A stretch of 64,000 nt of DNA from contig OZ244070.1 of NCBI GenBank assembly GCA_965215605.1, forward strand, positions 1,760,001 through 1,824,000, in the 5' to 3' direction. Positions 51,079-60,695 of this stretch are shown here, piece by piece; position 1 is the stretch's first letter, and each line of letters begins with the position of its first letter. The notes under the pieces are model-generated. The model had not been told where the DNA came from. It worked only from the letters and a program-made list of their open reading frames with translations, and searched no databases. The position numbers were made by a program, and so were the translations under genes. The stretch is from an uncultured Candidatus Binatia bacterium (GTDB taxonomy: Bacteria > Desulfobacterota > Binatia > UBA9968 > JAJDTQ01).

Positions 51079-52236
51079 ATGAACAGACTGGTAGGTCTTT
51101 TACTTGCGATCGTTGTGAGCCTTTGGATCGGCGCACACCCGGCGCTCGGCAGCGATGCTCCAGTGGGTGTGGTCGCCAGCGTCCTGCCCATCGCCTTTGT
51201 CGCTCAGGAGGTGGGAGGCGATCGCGTCAAGGTGGATGTGCTGGTGCCGCCGGGCGCGAGCCCGCACACGTTCGAACCGGTACCGAGCGACATGGTCAAG
51301 CTGCAACGCGCCCGCCTGTTTCTTCGGGTCGGCGCGGGTCTGGACGCATGGTCCGACAAGCTTCGGGGCGCGGCTCCCGCCGGACTCGAGACGCTGACCC
51401 TGATCGCCGTCCCGGGAATGAAGCCGCTCGAGGGCGGTCATGATCACGATCACGGCCACGGGAAGAAGCCCGCGATGGAGCACGACGACCATGGCCATGA
51501 GGAGAAGCGTGCAGAGAAGCACGATGACCACGGCCACGAAGAGAAGCATGCAAAGAAGCAGGATGACCACGGCCACGAAGAGAAGCATGCAAAGAAGCAG
51601 GATGACCATGGCCACGAAGAGAAGCATGCAAAGAAGCAGGATGACCACGGCCATGACGAAAAGCACGCGAAGAAGGAAGACGACCACGGCCACGCCGAGG
51701 AGCCCGGAGAGGGAATGAATCCCCACTTTTGGCTGGACCCGATACGGATCAGGGATGCGGTGGTTCCCGTGATCGTCGAACATCTCGTTGAAGCGGACCC
51801 GGCGGGCAAGGACTACTATGAGAAGCGCGGCAAGGACTTTCACCAGCGATTGACGGCGCTGGATATTCAGATCCGGCGGGAGCTTGCCAAGGCGAAGGGC
51901 CGGAAGTTCGTTGCGTTTCACAGCGCCTGGCCCTATTTCTCCGAGCGGTACAACGTCGAGGAAGTCGCGGTGGTCCAGGAGTTCGCGGGCGAGGAACCCA
52001 CCCCCAAGGAGGTGGCCGCGCTGGTGCAAGGTGCGCGTGCGGCAGAGATACGGAGCATCCTGGTGGAGCCGCAGCTCAGCCCGCGCGTGGCACAGACCAT
52101 CGCGAACGAGTTCGGCGGCGGGACGGTGATGGTGGACCCGGTAGGAGACCCCGGCGATCCGGCGCGTTCCACCTACGAAAAACTGATGCTGTTCAACGCC
52201 CGCGCCTTCGCGCAGGCGTTGGGGGGACATAATTGA
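51079..52236 (+). CDS. znuA: Zinc ABC transporter substrate-binding protein with His-rich repeat loop (set 2)
   Basis: SPHTFEP, NPHFWLDP, FHSAW.YF. Confidence 0.9.
   Translation: MNRLVGLLLAIVVSLWIGAHPALGSDAPVGVVASVLPIAFVAQEVGGDRVKVDVLVPPGASPHTFEPVPSDMVKLQRARLFLRVGAGLDAWSDKLRGAAPAGLETLTLIAVPGMKPLEGGHDHDHGHGKKPAMEHDDHGHEEKRAEKHDDHGHEEKHAKKQDDHGHEEKHAKKQDDHGHEEKHAKKQDDHGHDEKHAKKEDDHGHAEEPGEGMNPHFWLDPIRIRDAVVPVIVEHLVEADPAGKDYYEKRGKDFHQRLTALDIQIRRELAKAKGRKFVAFHSAWPYFSERYNVEEVAVVQEFAGEEPTPKEVAALVQGARAAEIRSILVEPQLSPRVAQTIANEFGGGTVMVDPVGDPGDPARSTYEKLMLFNARAFAQALGGHN
51484..51693 (+). repeat. 39-bp coding tandem repeat (DDHGHEEKHAKKQ), 5 units plus a partial
   Basis: Units start at 51484, 51523, 51562, 51601, 51640 and 51679. 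Confidence 0.95.
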
Positions 52237-53021
52237 CGGAACGCAACGACGGAGTCGTGGTAGGGCTGAACGGCGTGTCGGTGGAGTTGGGGGGGCACAG
52301 CGTCCTGCACGACATCAACTTCGACGTGCACGAGGGCGGGTTCGTGGGCATCGTGGGCCCCAACGGGGCGGGCAAGACCACGCTGCTGCGCACGATCCTC
52401 GGCCTCGTGCCGGTCGTGAGCGGCAGGGTGGAGGTGTTTGGCCTCCCGCCGGGCCGGAACGGCTCTCACGCCATCGGCTACGTACCGCAGCGCCAGAGCG
52501 TTGCCGACAACTTCCCGGCCACCGTCGGCGACGTGGTGATGATGGGGCGGCTGCGGCACCTCGGGCTCATGAGGTTCCCCGGGCGGAAGGACTGGCAGCG
52601 GGTGGATGACAGCCTGTCCCTCGTGGGCATGCTGGACCGCAAGGACCGTGCGGTGGGGCGGTTGTCCGGCGGCGAGCAGCGCCGCGCCATGCTGGCCCAG
52701 GCGCTGTGCGCCAGCACGCGCCTGCTGGTGCTCGACGAGCCCACGGTGGGCCTCGACCTTCCCGCCGAGCATGAGTTCTACGCACTGCTGCGGAAGCTCA
52801 TACGCGATCTGACGCTGACCATCGTGGCGGTGTCGCACGATCTCGTGGCCTTGGCCGGCGAGACCGACGAGCTGATCTGTATCAACCACCGCATGCACAT
52901 CCACGGCAACGCCGAGGATGTGATCCACAGCCACGCCATCCGCGAGGCCTACTGTTGCGAGTTCGACTTCCTGGCCGGCGAGATTGCCCATCACGAGGGC
53001 CACGACCACGTCGAGTCGTGA
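52233..53021 (+). CDS. znuC: Zinc ABC transporter ATP-binding subunit (set 2)
   Basis: GPNGAGKTT, YVPQ, LSGGE, His/Cys-rich C-terminus. Confidence 0.9.
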   Translation: MTERNDGVVVGLNGVSVELGGHSVLHDINFDVHEGGFVGIVGPNGAGKTTLLRTILGLVPVVSGRVEVFGLPPGRNGSHAIGYVPQRQSVADNFPATVGDVVMMGRLRHLGLMRFPGRKDWQRVDDSLSLVGMLDRKDRAVGRLSGGEQRRAMLAQALCASTRLLVLDEPTVGLDLPAEHEFYALLRKLIRDLTLTIVAVSHDLVALAGETDELICINHRMHIHGNAEDVIHSHAIREAYCCEFDFLAGEIAHHEGHDHVES

Positions 53022-53066
53022 CCGGCGCTTCCTTCGCGGGTTGAACGTCGTCCGATAGCCCCCCTC

Positions 53067-53867
53067 ATGTTCGATTTTGCCTTCATGCAGCGCGCCCTGG
53101 CGGCGGCGGTCCTGGTGGGCCTCCTGTGCGGGATACTGGGCTTTTTCGTGGTCTTGCGGCGCCTGGCGTTCATCGGCGTGGGCATTTCCCATTCGGCCAT
53201 CGGGGGCGTTGCCATCGGCATCCTGGCGGGCTGGAACCCGCTCCTCACGGGCGCCTTCTTTGCCGTCGCCGTGGCCCTGGGCATCGCGCTGGTCAGTCAG
53301 AGCGACCGCATCAGCGAGGACACCGTCATCGGCGTGTTCTTCTCGGGGTCCATGGCGCTGGGGATCGTGCTCTTCAGCATGAAGAGCGGCTACCAGCAGG
53401 ATCTCTTCAGCTACCTCTTCGGCAACGTGCTGGCCATCTCCACCGGGGAGCTCGTTGCCCTTGCCTGCGCGAGCGCGGCGATCATGGCGGGCATCGTGCT
53501 GACCTTCAAGGAGCATCTGCTGATCGCCTTCGACGAGGAAGTGGCCTCGGCCTACGGCCACAAGGTCGTCGCGCTCAACGTGCTGTTGCTGGTGTTGCTG
53601 GCCTTGACCGTGGTCATCGGCGTGCGGCTGGTGGGCCTGCTGCTGATCCAGGCCCTGCTGGTGGTGCCGGCGGCCGTCGCGGCGCTGTGCGTGATGAATT
53701 TTCGCTGGCAGGTGCTGCTGTCGGCGCTGGTCGGGTCCGTCTCCGGCGTCGCGGGTCTGGTGCTGGCGTATCAACTGGACATCGCCGCCGGCGGAGCCAT
53801 CGTGCTGGTGGCCGTCGCTCTCTTCTTCATGACACTGTTGGCCCGCACGTTGAGCAGGGGTGACTAG
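53067..53867 (+). CDS. znuB: Zinc ABC transporter permease (set 2)
   Basis: FMQRAL, GFFVVLRRLAF.G..ISH, YLFGNVL. Confidence 0.9.
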   Translation: MFDFAFMQRALAAAVLVGLLCGILGFFVVLRRLAFIGVGISHSAIGGVAIGILAGWNPLLTGAFFAVAVALGIALVSQSDRISEDTVIGVFFSGSMALGIVLFSMKSGYQQDLFSYLFGNVLAISTGELVALACASAAIMAGIVLTFKEHLLIAFDEEVASAYGHKVVALNVLLLVLLALTVVIGVRLVGLLLIQALLVVPAAVAALCVMNFRWQVLLSALVGSVSGVAGLVLAYQLDIAAGGAIVLVAVALFFMTLLARTLSRGD

Positions 53868-54029
53868 TGTCCTGTCTCACAAATGGCGTTATGAATCTGC
53901 GGGTCCTTTTTTGCCGTCGGCTGCGTTGCTCTTCCTCGCGTGGTGCCCGCCACTGCTCGTCATCGCGCCTTGCCGACAACAAAAATGCCCTCGCATCTTC
54001 ATAACGCTGTTTGTGAGACAGGACACTAG
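53864..54029. mobile_element. 166-bp MITE-like palindromic element with CTAG termini
   Basis: Perfect 20-bp TIR ctagtgtcctgtctcacaaa/tttgtgagacaggacactag; imperfect pairing continues inward. Confidence 0.8.
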
Positions 54030-54829
54030 CGAGTCGACGGGCGCCCGCGCCGGCGGCCCATCCGCGTCACCACGAACAGCGCCAGCGCCGCCGTCACGAT
54101 GGAGGGGCCCGAGGGCGTATCCAGCGTTGCCGAGGCCAACAGTCCCCCGACGATGGCCAAAATACCCGCCGCGGCTGACGCGAGGGCCATCTTCTCGGGG
54201 CTCGACGCGAAGCGCCGGACCGTGGCCGGCGGTATCACCAGTAGCGCGACGATCAGCAGTATCCCCACGATCTTCACCGCCACCGATATGAGCGCCGCCA
54301 CCAGGATGCCGAACAGCAGCCGCGCGCGCTCCGGCCGCAGTCCCGCCACCGTGGCGAGATCGAGGCTGACGGTGGCCGCCAGCAGCGGACGCCAGATCCA
54401 CCACAACACCGCCAGGACGGCGGCGCCGCCCGCCCAGATGACCACGAGGTCCGTGCGCGTCACGGCCAGGATGTCGCCGAAGAGCAGCGCGTGCAGGTCG
54501 AACCGCATGCTGGGGAAGAACGCCAGGACCACGAGCCCCAGCGAGAGGCCGCCATGGGCGAGCAAGCCGAGGATGGTGTCGGTGGGCAGGGTGTCGCTCC
54601 GTTCCAGGAAGAACATGATAAACACGACGGCGGAAGCGGTGGCGAAGATGCCGATGGCCAGGTCGATGTCGGCCACGATGGCCACCGCGACGCCCAGCAG
54701 GGCCGAGTGGGCGATGGTCTCGCCGAAGTAGGCCAGCCGCCGCCACACCACGAAACAGCCCGTCGGCCCGGTCACCAGCGCCAGCCCGACACCGGCCAGC
54801 AGCGCGCGCGTGAAGAAGTCGTCCAGCAT
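54026..54829 (-). CDS. znuB: Zinc ABC transporter permease (set 3)
   Basis: MLDDFFTRAL, GCFVVWRRLAYFGET.AH, LFGDIL. Confidence 0.92.
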   Translation of the reverse strand: MLDDFFTRALLAGVGLALVTGPTGCFVVWRRLAYFGETIAHSALLGVAVAIVADIDLAIGIFATASAVVFIMFFLERSDTLPTDTILGLLAHGGLSLGLVVLAFFPSMRFDLHALLFGDILAVTRTDLVVIWAGGAAVLAVLWWIWRPLLAATVSLDLATVAGLRPERARLLFGILVAALISVAVKIVGILLIVALLVIPPATVRRFASSPEKMALASAAAGILAIVGGLLASATLDTPSGPSIVTAALALFVVTRMGRRRGRPSTR

Positions 54830-54831
54830 GC

Positions 54832-55533
54832 TCAGTCCGACGGGCCGGGCCCGGGACTCGTTCCCTGGGCCGGGAAGCCCTGGATGCCGAAAGGCGGGGT
54901 ATCGTGTTCGTGGGGTACCAGGACCACCAGGTCGTCTCCTGTGTCCATGGCCTTCTGGAGGTCATGAGAAATGATCAGAACGCCGCAGCCCAGGTCCCGC
55001 CGAATCCCTTCGATCAGGTCATGCACGACATCCGTTCCGGTGGCGTCGACGCCCTGCTCCGGTTCGTCGAGGACCAGCAGGTCGGGCCGGTGAATCAGCG
55101 CCCGAGCCAGCATCAGCCGCTGGAATTCGCCCCCCGACAGGGTCGTGACCGGCGGGTCGCCCAGCCGTTCGAGGCCCACCGCCGCCAAGGCGGAGTCGAT
55201 TCTGTCCGCGGGGAAGCGGCCGGTCAGTGCCATCAGGCGGCGCACGGTCATGGGCAGGGTCGCGGTCACCTGGAGTCTTTGCGGGACGTAGCCCACTTCC
55301 AGCGAGGGCGCCCGCGTCACCTGCCCCTCGGCGACGTCGATCAACCCCAGAACCGCCTTGACGCAGGTGGACTTGCCGGCGCCGTTGGCGCCGATGAGGT
55401 AGACCATCTCGCCGCGCGTCACCTTGAGGTCCACGTGACGGATGATCCAGCGCTCGCCCCGCCGCACGCCGATGTTGCGGGCGTCGACGAGCAGGCCGGA
55501 AGCGGCCGACTGTGTGTCCGGTCTATCCATCAT
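54832..55533 (-). CDS. znuC: Zinc ABC transporter ATP-binding subunit (set 3)
   Basis: GANGAGKST, YVPQ, LSGGEFQR, ISHDL; C-terminus looks short. Confidence 0.85.
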   Translation of the reverse strand: MMDRPDTQSAASGLLVDARNIGVRRGERWIIRHVDLKVTRGEMVYLIGANGAGKSTCVKAVLGLIDVAEGQVTRAPSLEVGYVPQRLQVTATLPMTVRRLMALTGRFPADRIDSALAAVGLERLGDPPVTTLSGGEFQRLMLARALIHRPDLLVLDEPEQGVDATGTDVVHDLIEGIRRDLGCGVLIISHDLQKAMDTGDDLVVLVPHEHDTPPFGIQGFPAQGTSPGPGPSD

Positions 55534-55628
55534 CGGTGTGTGACAGCGCGGGGCGACGGATCGCGCTTGATCATTTGGAGCACTCGGGGTAGTTTTCGCA
55601 AAAATTCCAAGCGGACTCAAGGAGCGAC

Positions 55629-56567
55629 ATGATGAAACGAATTCTTGCGACGTTCCTGTTTGCCGTCATGATCGCCGCGACCACGACGGTCGGCGCCGCG
55701 GGTCGGGTCGTGGCGACGTTCAAGCCGGTGCATTCGCTGGTGAGCGCGGTCATGGCCGGGGTGGGCGAGCCGTACCTGATCATGAAGGACGCTGCCACGC
55801 CGCATAGCTATCGCATGCGGCCGTCCGACGCCGGGGTGATCGGGAAGGCTCGGGTCATTTTCATGATCGGCGACCTGGTCGAAAGCTCCCTGGCCGGGCC
55901 TATCCACAAGCTCGGCGGCAAGGCCCGGGTGGTGAAGCTGGCCGAGGTGCCGGGGCTGGTGCGCCAGCCGCTCCGCAAGGGGGGTGCGTTCGAGGACGAA
56001 GGGCACGATCATGGACCTGGGCACGCCCACGGCCATGAGGACGAGGCTTTTGACCTGCACGTGTGGCTCGACCCGGTGAATGCCGGCTTGATGGCGCTCG
56101 CCATAGCCGGCACCCTGTCCGAGATCGATTCGGCCAATGCCGCGAGGTACGAAGCCAACGCCAACGCCCTGGTGGCCCGGCTGGACGAGTTGACCGCGCA
56201 AATCGCCGCGGAGCTGGCGCCGGCGCGCGACAAACCCTTCATCGTGTTTCACGATGCGTATCGCTACTTCGAGGACCGCTTCGGGCTGAAAGCCGTGGGC
56301 TCGGCGGTGGTCAGCACCGGCCGGTCGCCCGGCGTCCGCCGTGTCAGGGAACTGCGCAAAAAGGTGCGTGAGCTCGGGGTGGTATGCGTGTTCGCCGAAC
56401 CTCGGTACGACCCGCGTTTCGTCAGGCTCATCACCGAAGGCACGAAGGCGCGGGGCGGCACGATGGATCCCGCGGGCATCGCCGTCAAAGCGGGCCCCGA
56501 GATGTACTTCAGCCTTCTCCGCAACATGGCCGCGTCCTTCAAGGCGTGCCTGGCGCCAGCGGGTTAG
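55629..56567 (+). CDS. znuA: Zinc ABC transporter substrate-binding protein (set 3)
   Basis: KPVHSLV..VM.GV, PH.Y.MRPS, D.HVWLDP, FHDAY.YFE. Confidence 0.92.
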   Translation: MMKRILATFLFAVMIAATTTVGAAGRVVATFKPVHSLVSAVMAGVGEPYLIMKDAATPHSYRMRPSDAGVIGKARVIFMIGDLVESSLAGPIHKLGGKARVVKLAEVPGLVRQPLRKGGAFEDEGHDHGPGHAHGHEDEAFDLHVWLDPVNAGLMALAIAGTLSEIDSANAARYEANANALVARLDELTAQIAAELAPARDKPFIVFHDAYRYFEDRFGLKAVGSAVVSTGRSPGVRRVRELRKKVRELGVVCVFAEPRYDPRFVRLITEGTKARGGTMDPAGIAVKAGPEMYFSLLRNMAASFKACLAPAG

Positions 56568-56593
56568 CAAGCCCCAATCGTCAGCACAGGACA

Positions 56594-58048
56594 CTAGGAC
56601 GCGCTCCGCGAGAGATCCAGGGCGAACCCTTCATTGCGCACGCGGATGTGTGCGTAGTCGCGGCGTTGGGTGAAGCCTTCCAGCAGCCTGGTCACCGGTG
56701 CGGTGTCGAAAGGGTAGTCCCGGGGCGGGCCGGCGGCGCGCATGGTGTCGATCTCCTCCCGGGTCAGGAAATAACGCAGCAGCAACTCCTCGTCGGACAC
56801 CCCGCCGAACTTCGCGCGCAGCTCCTGGATGGTGGGTTCCGGCGGCTCCCACGCCGCCAGCTCCCGGGCCCGCGGGCACGCCAGGATACGGTCCTTGACG
56901 TCGGGGTCCATGGAGTCGCTGCCTTCCCGGCCCCAGCGCCCCAGGGCATAGAGGATCACCTGGTCGGTGACCTCCTTGTAGCGTTCCCCCACGATGATGT
57001 TGATGGCCGCCTGACTGCCCACGAACTGGGACAGGGGCGTCACCATGATGGGATAGCCCAGCTCCTCGCGCACCCGAACCACCTCCTCCAGAGCCCGCTC
57101 CACGTGGTCGCCCAGGCCCACCCGCGCGAGCTGGTGGCGCAGGTTCGAGATCATGCCCCCGGGCACTTGGTGCAGGTACTGGTTGTAGTCGTACTCTACC
57201 GGCGCCCCGATGGGCAGCCCCTCCCGGCGGGCCACCTCGGTGAAGTACTCGGACACCGGCCGCAGCACCTCCTCGTCCACCGCGGTCTCGTAGCCCAGCC
57301 TCCGGGCGTTGGCCGCGACGTTGAACAGCGACGGGTTGGAAGAGCCGTTGGCCAGCGGCGGCAGCGCCGTGTTGATGATGCGGATCCCCTGCCTGATGGC
57401 CTCCAGGGCGCACAGCGGCCCCAGGCCCGTGGTGCAGTGGGTGTGGAACTCCAGCGGGATGCCGCCGACGTTCTCCTTGATGAGCGGCACCAACGCGCGG
57501 GTGCGGTCCGGCGTCAGCAGCCCTCCGGGGTCCTTGAAGCAGATCCGCATCACCGGCAGCGTGGCGGCCTGGCGAGCCCGCTCCGCGAAATAGGCATCGG
57601 TATGCTTGGGCGACACCGAGTAGATGATGTTCAGGATGGGCTCGAGCCCGGCCGCGGTGGCGATGCGCAAGGTCTTGCGCCACCCCGCGAGGTCGTTCCA
57701 CTCGTCGGAGATGCGGCCCTGGCGGACGCCGTTGGCCGCCATGCGTTCGAGGAAGATCCGCTGGATCGACTCCGGCGTCAGCTCGAAGCCGTTGCGGCCG
57801 CCGATGATGACCCGCAGCGGCGTTTCCCGGATCGTCCCGGCTACCAGCCGTATCCGTTCCCAGGGGTCCTCGTGCAACTCCCGCACGCACTTCTTGATGT
57901 GCGAGCTCGACATCAGCTCCATGCCCCTGAAGCCCGCCCGGTCCATGCGCTCGCCCACCGCCAGCATCATGCCCGTGCGCATGGACTCGGCCCACAGGCT
58001 CTGGTGACCGTCCCGTAGCGTCGTATCGACGAATTCTATGGGTTCCAA
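56594..58048 (-). CDS. Pyruvate carboxylase B / OadA-like carboxyltransferase lacking a biotinyl domain
   Basis: DTTLRDGHQSL, EDPWER, KDPGG, HTH, HQVPGGM, VTPLSQ; TTG start after AAGGAG. Confidence 0.85.
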   Translation of the reverse strand: MEPIEFVDTTLRDGHQSLWAESMRTGMMLAVGERMDRAGFRGMELMSSSHIKKCVRELHEDPWERIRLVAGTIRETPLRVIIGGRNGFELTPESIQRIFLERMAANGVRQGRISDEWNDLAGWRKTLRIATAAGLEPILNIIYSVSPKHTDAYFAERARQAATLPVMRICFKDPGGLLTPDRTRALVPLIKENVGGIPLEFHTHCTTGLGPLCALEAIRQGIRIINTALPPLANGSSNPSLFNVAANARRLGYETAVDEEVLRPVSEYFTEVARREGLPIGAPVEYDYNQYLHQVPGGMISNLRHQLARVGLGDHVERALEEVVRVREELGYPIMVTPLSQFVGSQAAINIIVGERYKEVTDQVILYALGRWGREGSDSMDPDVKDRILACPRARELAAWEPPEPTIQELRAKFGGVSDEELLLRYFLTREEIDTMRAAGPPRDYPFDTAPVTRLLEGFTQRRDYAHIRVRNEGFALDLSRSAS

Positions 58049-58165
58049 GGGAACTCCTTTCTCATTTCGACCGTGACTCCCGCCCTCTCGGTCGCGTCCG
58101 CCCCCTCCCGTCACGCCGACTCTCAAACCCATTTTCGTATCAACTCCCCGGAGATGACAAGCGCT

Positions 58166-59623
58166 TCAACTCTCCCCCGCCGCATTTCGGCCGGCGATGC
58201 GGCCGAAGGCCAGCACCTCGGTGAGGTTGCCGGCGCCCGGGTAGTTCTGGGACCACATGGAGCCCAGCTCTCCGGCTCCGTACAGCCCCTCTATGGGGCG
58301 GCCCCAGGCGTTCAGCACCTGGGCGCGGGCGTTTCGCCGGGGGCCGCCCTGGGTGTTGAACAGGCTGGGCCACAGGGCGGCACCGTAGAACGGCGGGCGC
58401 TCCAGCGCCCGCAGGGTGCCGGGGGCGCGGCCCAGAGCTTCGTCCCGGCCCTGGGCGCAGGCCCGGTTGTATCCGTCCACGGTCCGTTCCAGCGCGGCCG
58501 GGTCGAGACCGAGGGCGGCGGCCAGCGCGGCCACGGTGGCGCCCGTCTTGATCCAGCCTTTTTCAACCTCCGCGGTGTTGTCGTCGCTCCAGCGGTAGTG
58601 TTCGGCGACGGTGCCCCGGCCGGTGTTGGCCACCGGCCCGGCCTTCCGCGTTGCTTCGTCGAACACCACGAAAGAGGGCACCCGCGGACGCTCCATGGTC
58701 TCCAGGTCCACCTCCGTCACCAGCGAGCCCACCGCGTGGGCGTCCATGGCGGTCTCGTCCACGAAGCGGCGCGCGTTCCGGTCCACGTAGATGAACCCGG
58801 GACCGGGCATGGCGTGGATGACGGCGCCGTCGAACCCGTCCACGCGGTAGCCGAAGCCCGCGGCCACGGCGTTCATGTGCCAGAGGGCGGCGCCCGCGTC
58901 CAATGCAAGGCGGATGCCGTCGCCGGTGTGACCGGACGCGCCCAGGGACCAGAACCGCTGCCCCAGGAACTGGAGCTGCATGTCGGGGTCCCACTCGTAG
59001 CCGCCGCAGGCAAGGATCACCGCTTTGCGCGCCTGGATCGCGATCTCCTCGCCGCCCCGGCGTGCCGTGAGTCCTGTGACCGCGCCGTCGCCGTTCCGCA
59101 GCAGCCGGACGGCCGGGCACTCGAACAGCACCGGAATGCAGCGCTCGTCGACGTTGCGCGCCAGCAGGTCCCACAGGTCCCGGCCGTTGGCCGTGGTCTC
59201 GCCCTTGACCCGGAGCCGCGGCCCGACGCCGTCCGCGCCGGGCTGCTCCGGCGAGGCGGCGCCGGTGGGATAGACGGGATAGCTCGCGGGCGTGGCCTGA
59301 AGAGGGTCCACCACAACCTCGCCCCCGAGGGAGCGCAGCCACGCCTTGTTTTCGTGGCTCTCGCGCACCAGCGTTTCGATGACGTCCGGGCCGGTGGCGC
59401 CGCCGCACAGGAAGGCGATGTGCTCCACCGCCCGTTCCACCGCGCCGAAGGTACGGACCGAGCCGGCGGAGAGCCGGGTGTTGCCGCCGCCCGCGGCGGC
59501 CTTCTCCACGATCAGCACCTTGGCGCCGAGGTCGGCGGCGGTGATGGCGGCCACCGCGCCGGCGCCGCCGTAGCCCACCACGGCCACGTCGGTTTCGCGC
59601 GAAGACGCCGAGGCCTTGCTCAT
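58166..59623 (-). CDS. FAD-dependent oxidoreductase (fumarate reductase/KstD flavoprotein family)
   Basis: VVGYGGAG, GGNT, ACGGYE, TGDG, TQGG, GLYGAGE. Confidence 0.85.
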   Translation of the reverse strand: MSKASASSRETDVAVVGYGGAGAVAAITAADLGAKVLIVEKAAAGGGNTRLSAGSVRTFGAVERAVEHIAFLCGGATGPDVIETLVRESHENKAWLRSLGGEVVVDPLQATPASYPVYPTGAASPEQPGADGVGPRLRVKGETTANGRDLWDLLARNVDERCIPVLFECPAVRLLRNGDGAVTGLTARRGGEEIAIQARKAVILACGGYEWDPDMQLQFLGQRFWSLGASGHTGDGIRLALDAGAALWHMNAVAAGFGYRVDGFDGAVIHAMPGPGFIYVDRNARRFVDETAMDAHAVGSLVTEVDLETMERPRVPSFVVFDEATRKAGPVANTGRGTVAEHYRWSDDNTAEVEKGWIKTGATVAALAAALGLDPAALERTVDGYNRACAQGRDEALGRAPGTLRALERPPFYGAALWPSLFNTQGGPRRNARAQVLNAWGRPIEGLYGAGELGSMWSQNYPGAGNLTEVLAFGRIAGRNAAGES

Positions 59624-59636
59624 TCCGGCGCTACCA

Positions 59637-60686
59637 TCATTCGGGCTTTACCAGACGTCCTTCCCGCACCAGCCGCTCGATGATCTTGCGCGCCTCGGCG
59701 CGGGTCTCGACGGTGTCCTGCAGCTTGCGGTCGCTCCAGCCGTCGTTGGGCCAGCGGTTGGCCTTGGCGTAGACGGGGGCGTACATGTCGCTGCGCAGCT
59801 CGATGAGAAAGTTCCACACGTGGCCCGAGTCGGTCATGCGGGTGCGCTCCCAGCGCAGGTTGTCGATGTCCACCATGCCGGTGACCACCGCCTCGCCGGG
59901 AGCGTTGGCCGCCGACTGCACGTGGCCCATGTAGTCGATGACCTGGGTCATGCCGCGGTAGCCGCCGGTGGGGCGGTTGGAGCCGACGAAGGCGCCGCAG
60001 TTGACCGAGAGGAAGTAGCACAGGTTCTCGTAGGCGCGGGCGCGCCGGAGCACGTCCCAGGCCTCGCCCTCGGGCGCGTAGGGCTCGGCGGTGGGGTGGA
60101 TCAGCACCTCGGCGCCGCGCAACGCCAGGCAGCGGGCCATCTCCGGGAACACCACGTCGGTGCAGGTGAGGCAGCCCAGCCGGCCGATTTCGGTGTCCGC
60201 CACCGGGAACATGGCGTCCTCGCCGTAGCGTTCCGTGTACTCGGTGTAGACATCGCCGGGTCCGGTATAGGTGGTGTTTAGGTTGTTCGGCCCGTTGTTC
60301 TTCCGGTACTTGAGGATGATCTTGCCGTCCGGGTCGATGATGAAGCTCGTGTTGAAGAGCCGGCCGGGCCAGTCGTCGTCGCGCTCGTAGAGGTTGCCGA
60401 CGATGTGGCAGCCGCGCTCCTTGGCCTTGCGGCCGATCTGGTCGGTGACGTCGCCGGGGATGGTCTCGGCCAGGGCCAGCCACTCGTCCACCGACCGCGG
60501 CCGGTACTGGCCGATGATGCCGTACTCGGAGAAAACCGCCAGCTTCACGTCGCCGAGGCGCAGCGCGGTCCAGTCCAGCAGCTCGAAGATGCGCCCGAGG
60601 TTCTCGTCGATGATCTCGTTGCGTTCTTTCGGTTCGACGATCACCCGGGTCTGTTGCTGAATCAAGGCCACTCGATACGGTTTCAT
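59637..60686 (-). CDS. Nitrilase-superfamily carbon-nitrogen hydrolase
   Basis: E-K-C triad: FSEY, YRK, TCTD; RARAYEN. Confidence 0.88.
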   Translation of the reverse strand: MKPYRVALIQQQTRVIVEPKERNEIIDENLGRIFELLDWTALRLGDVKLAVFSEYGIIGQYRPRSVDEWLALAETIPGDVTDQIGRKAKERGCHIVGNLYERDDDWPGRLFNTSFIIDPDGKIILKYRKNNGPNNLNTTYTGPGDVYTEYTERYGEDAMFPVADTEIGRLGCLTCTDVVFPEMARCLALRGAEVLIHPTAEPYAPEGEAWDVLRRARAYENLCYFLSVNCGAFVGSNRPTGGYRGMTQVIDYMGHVQSAANAPGEAVVTGMVDIDNLRWERTRMTDSGHVWNFLIELRSDMYAPVYAKANRWPNDGWSDRKLQDTVETRAEARKIIERLVREGRLVKPE

Positions 60687-60695
60687 GAGACCTCC

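Noticed and set aside
51484-51693. Regular repeats as a possible CRISPR array
   Set aside because: Head-to-tail 39-bp coding units with no unique spacers and no cas genes
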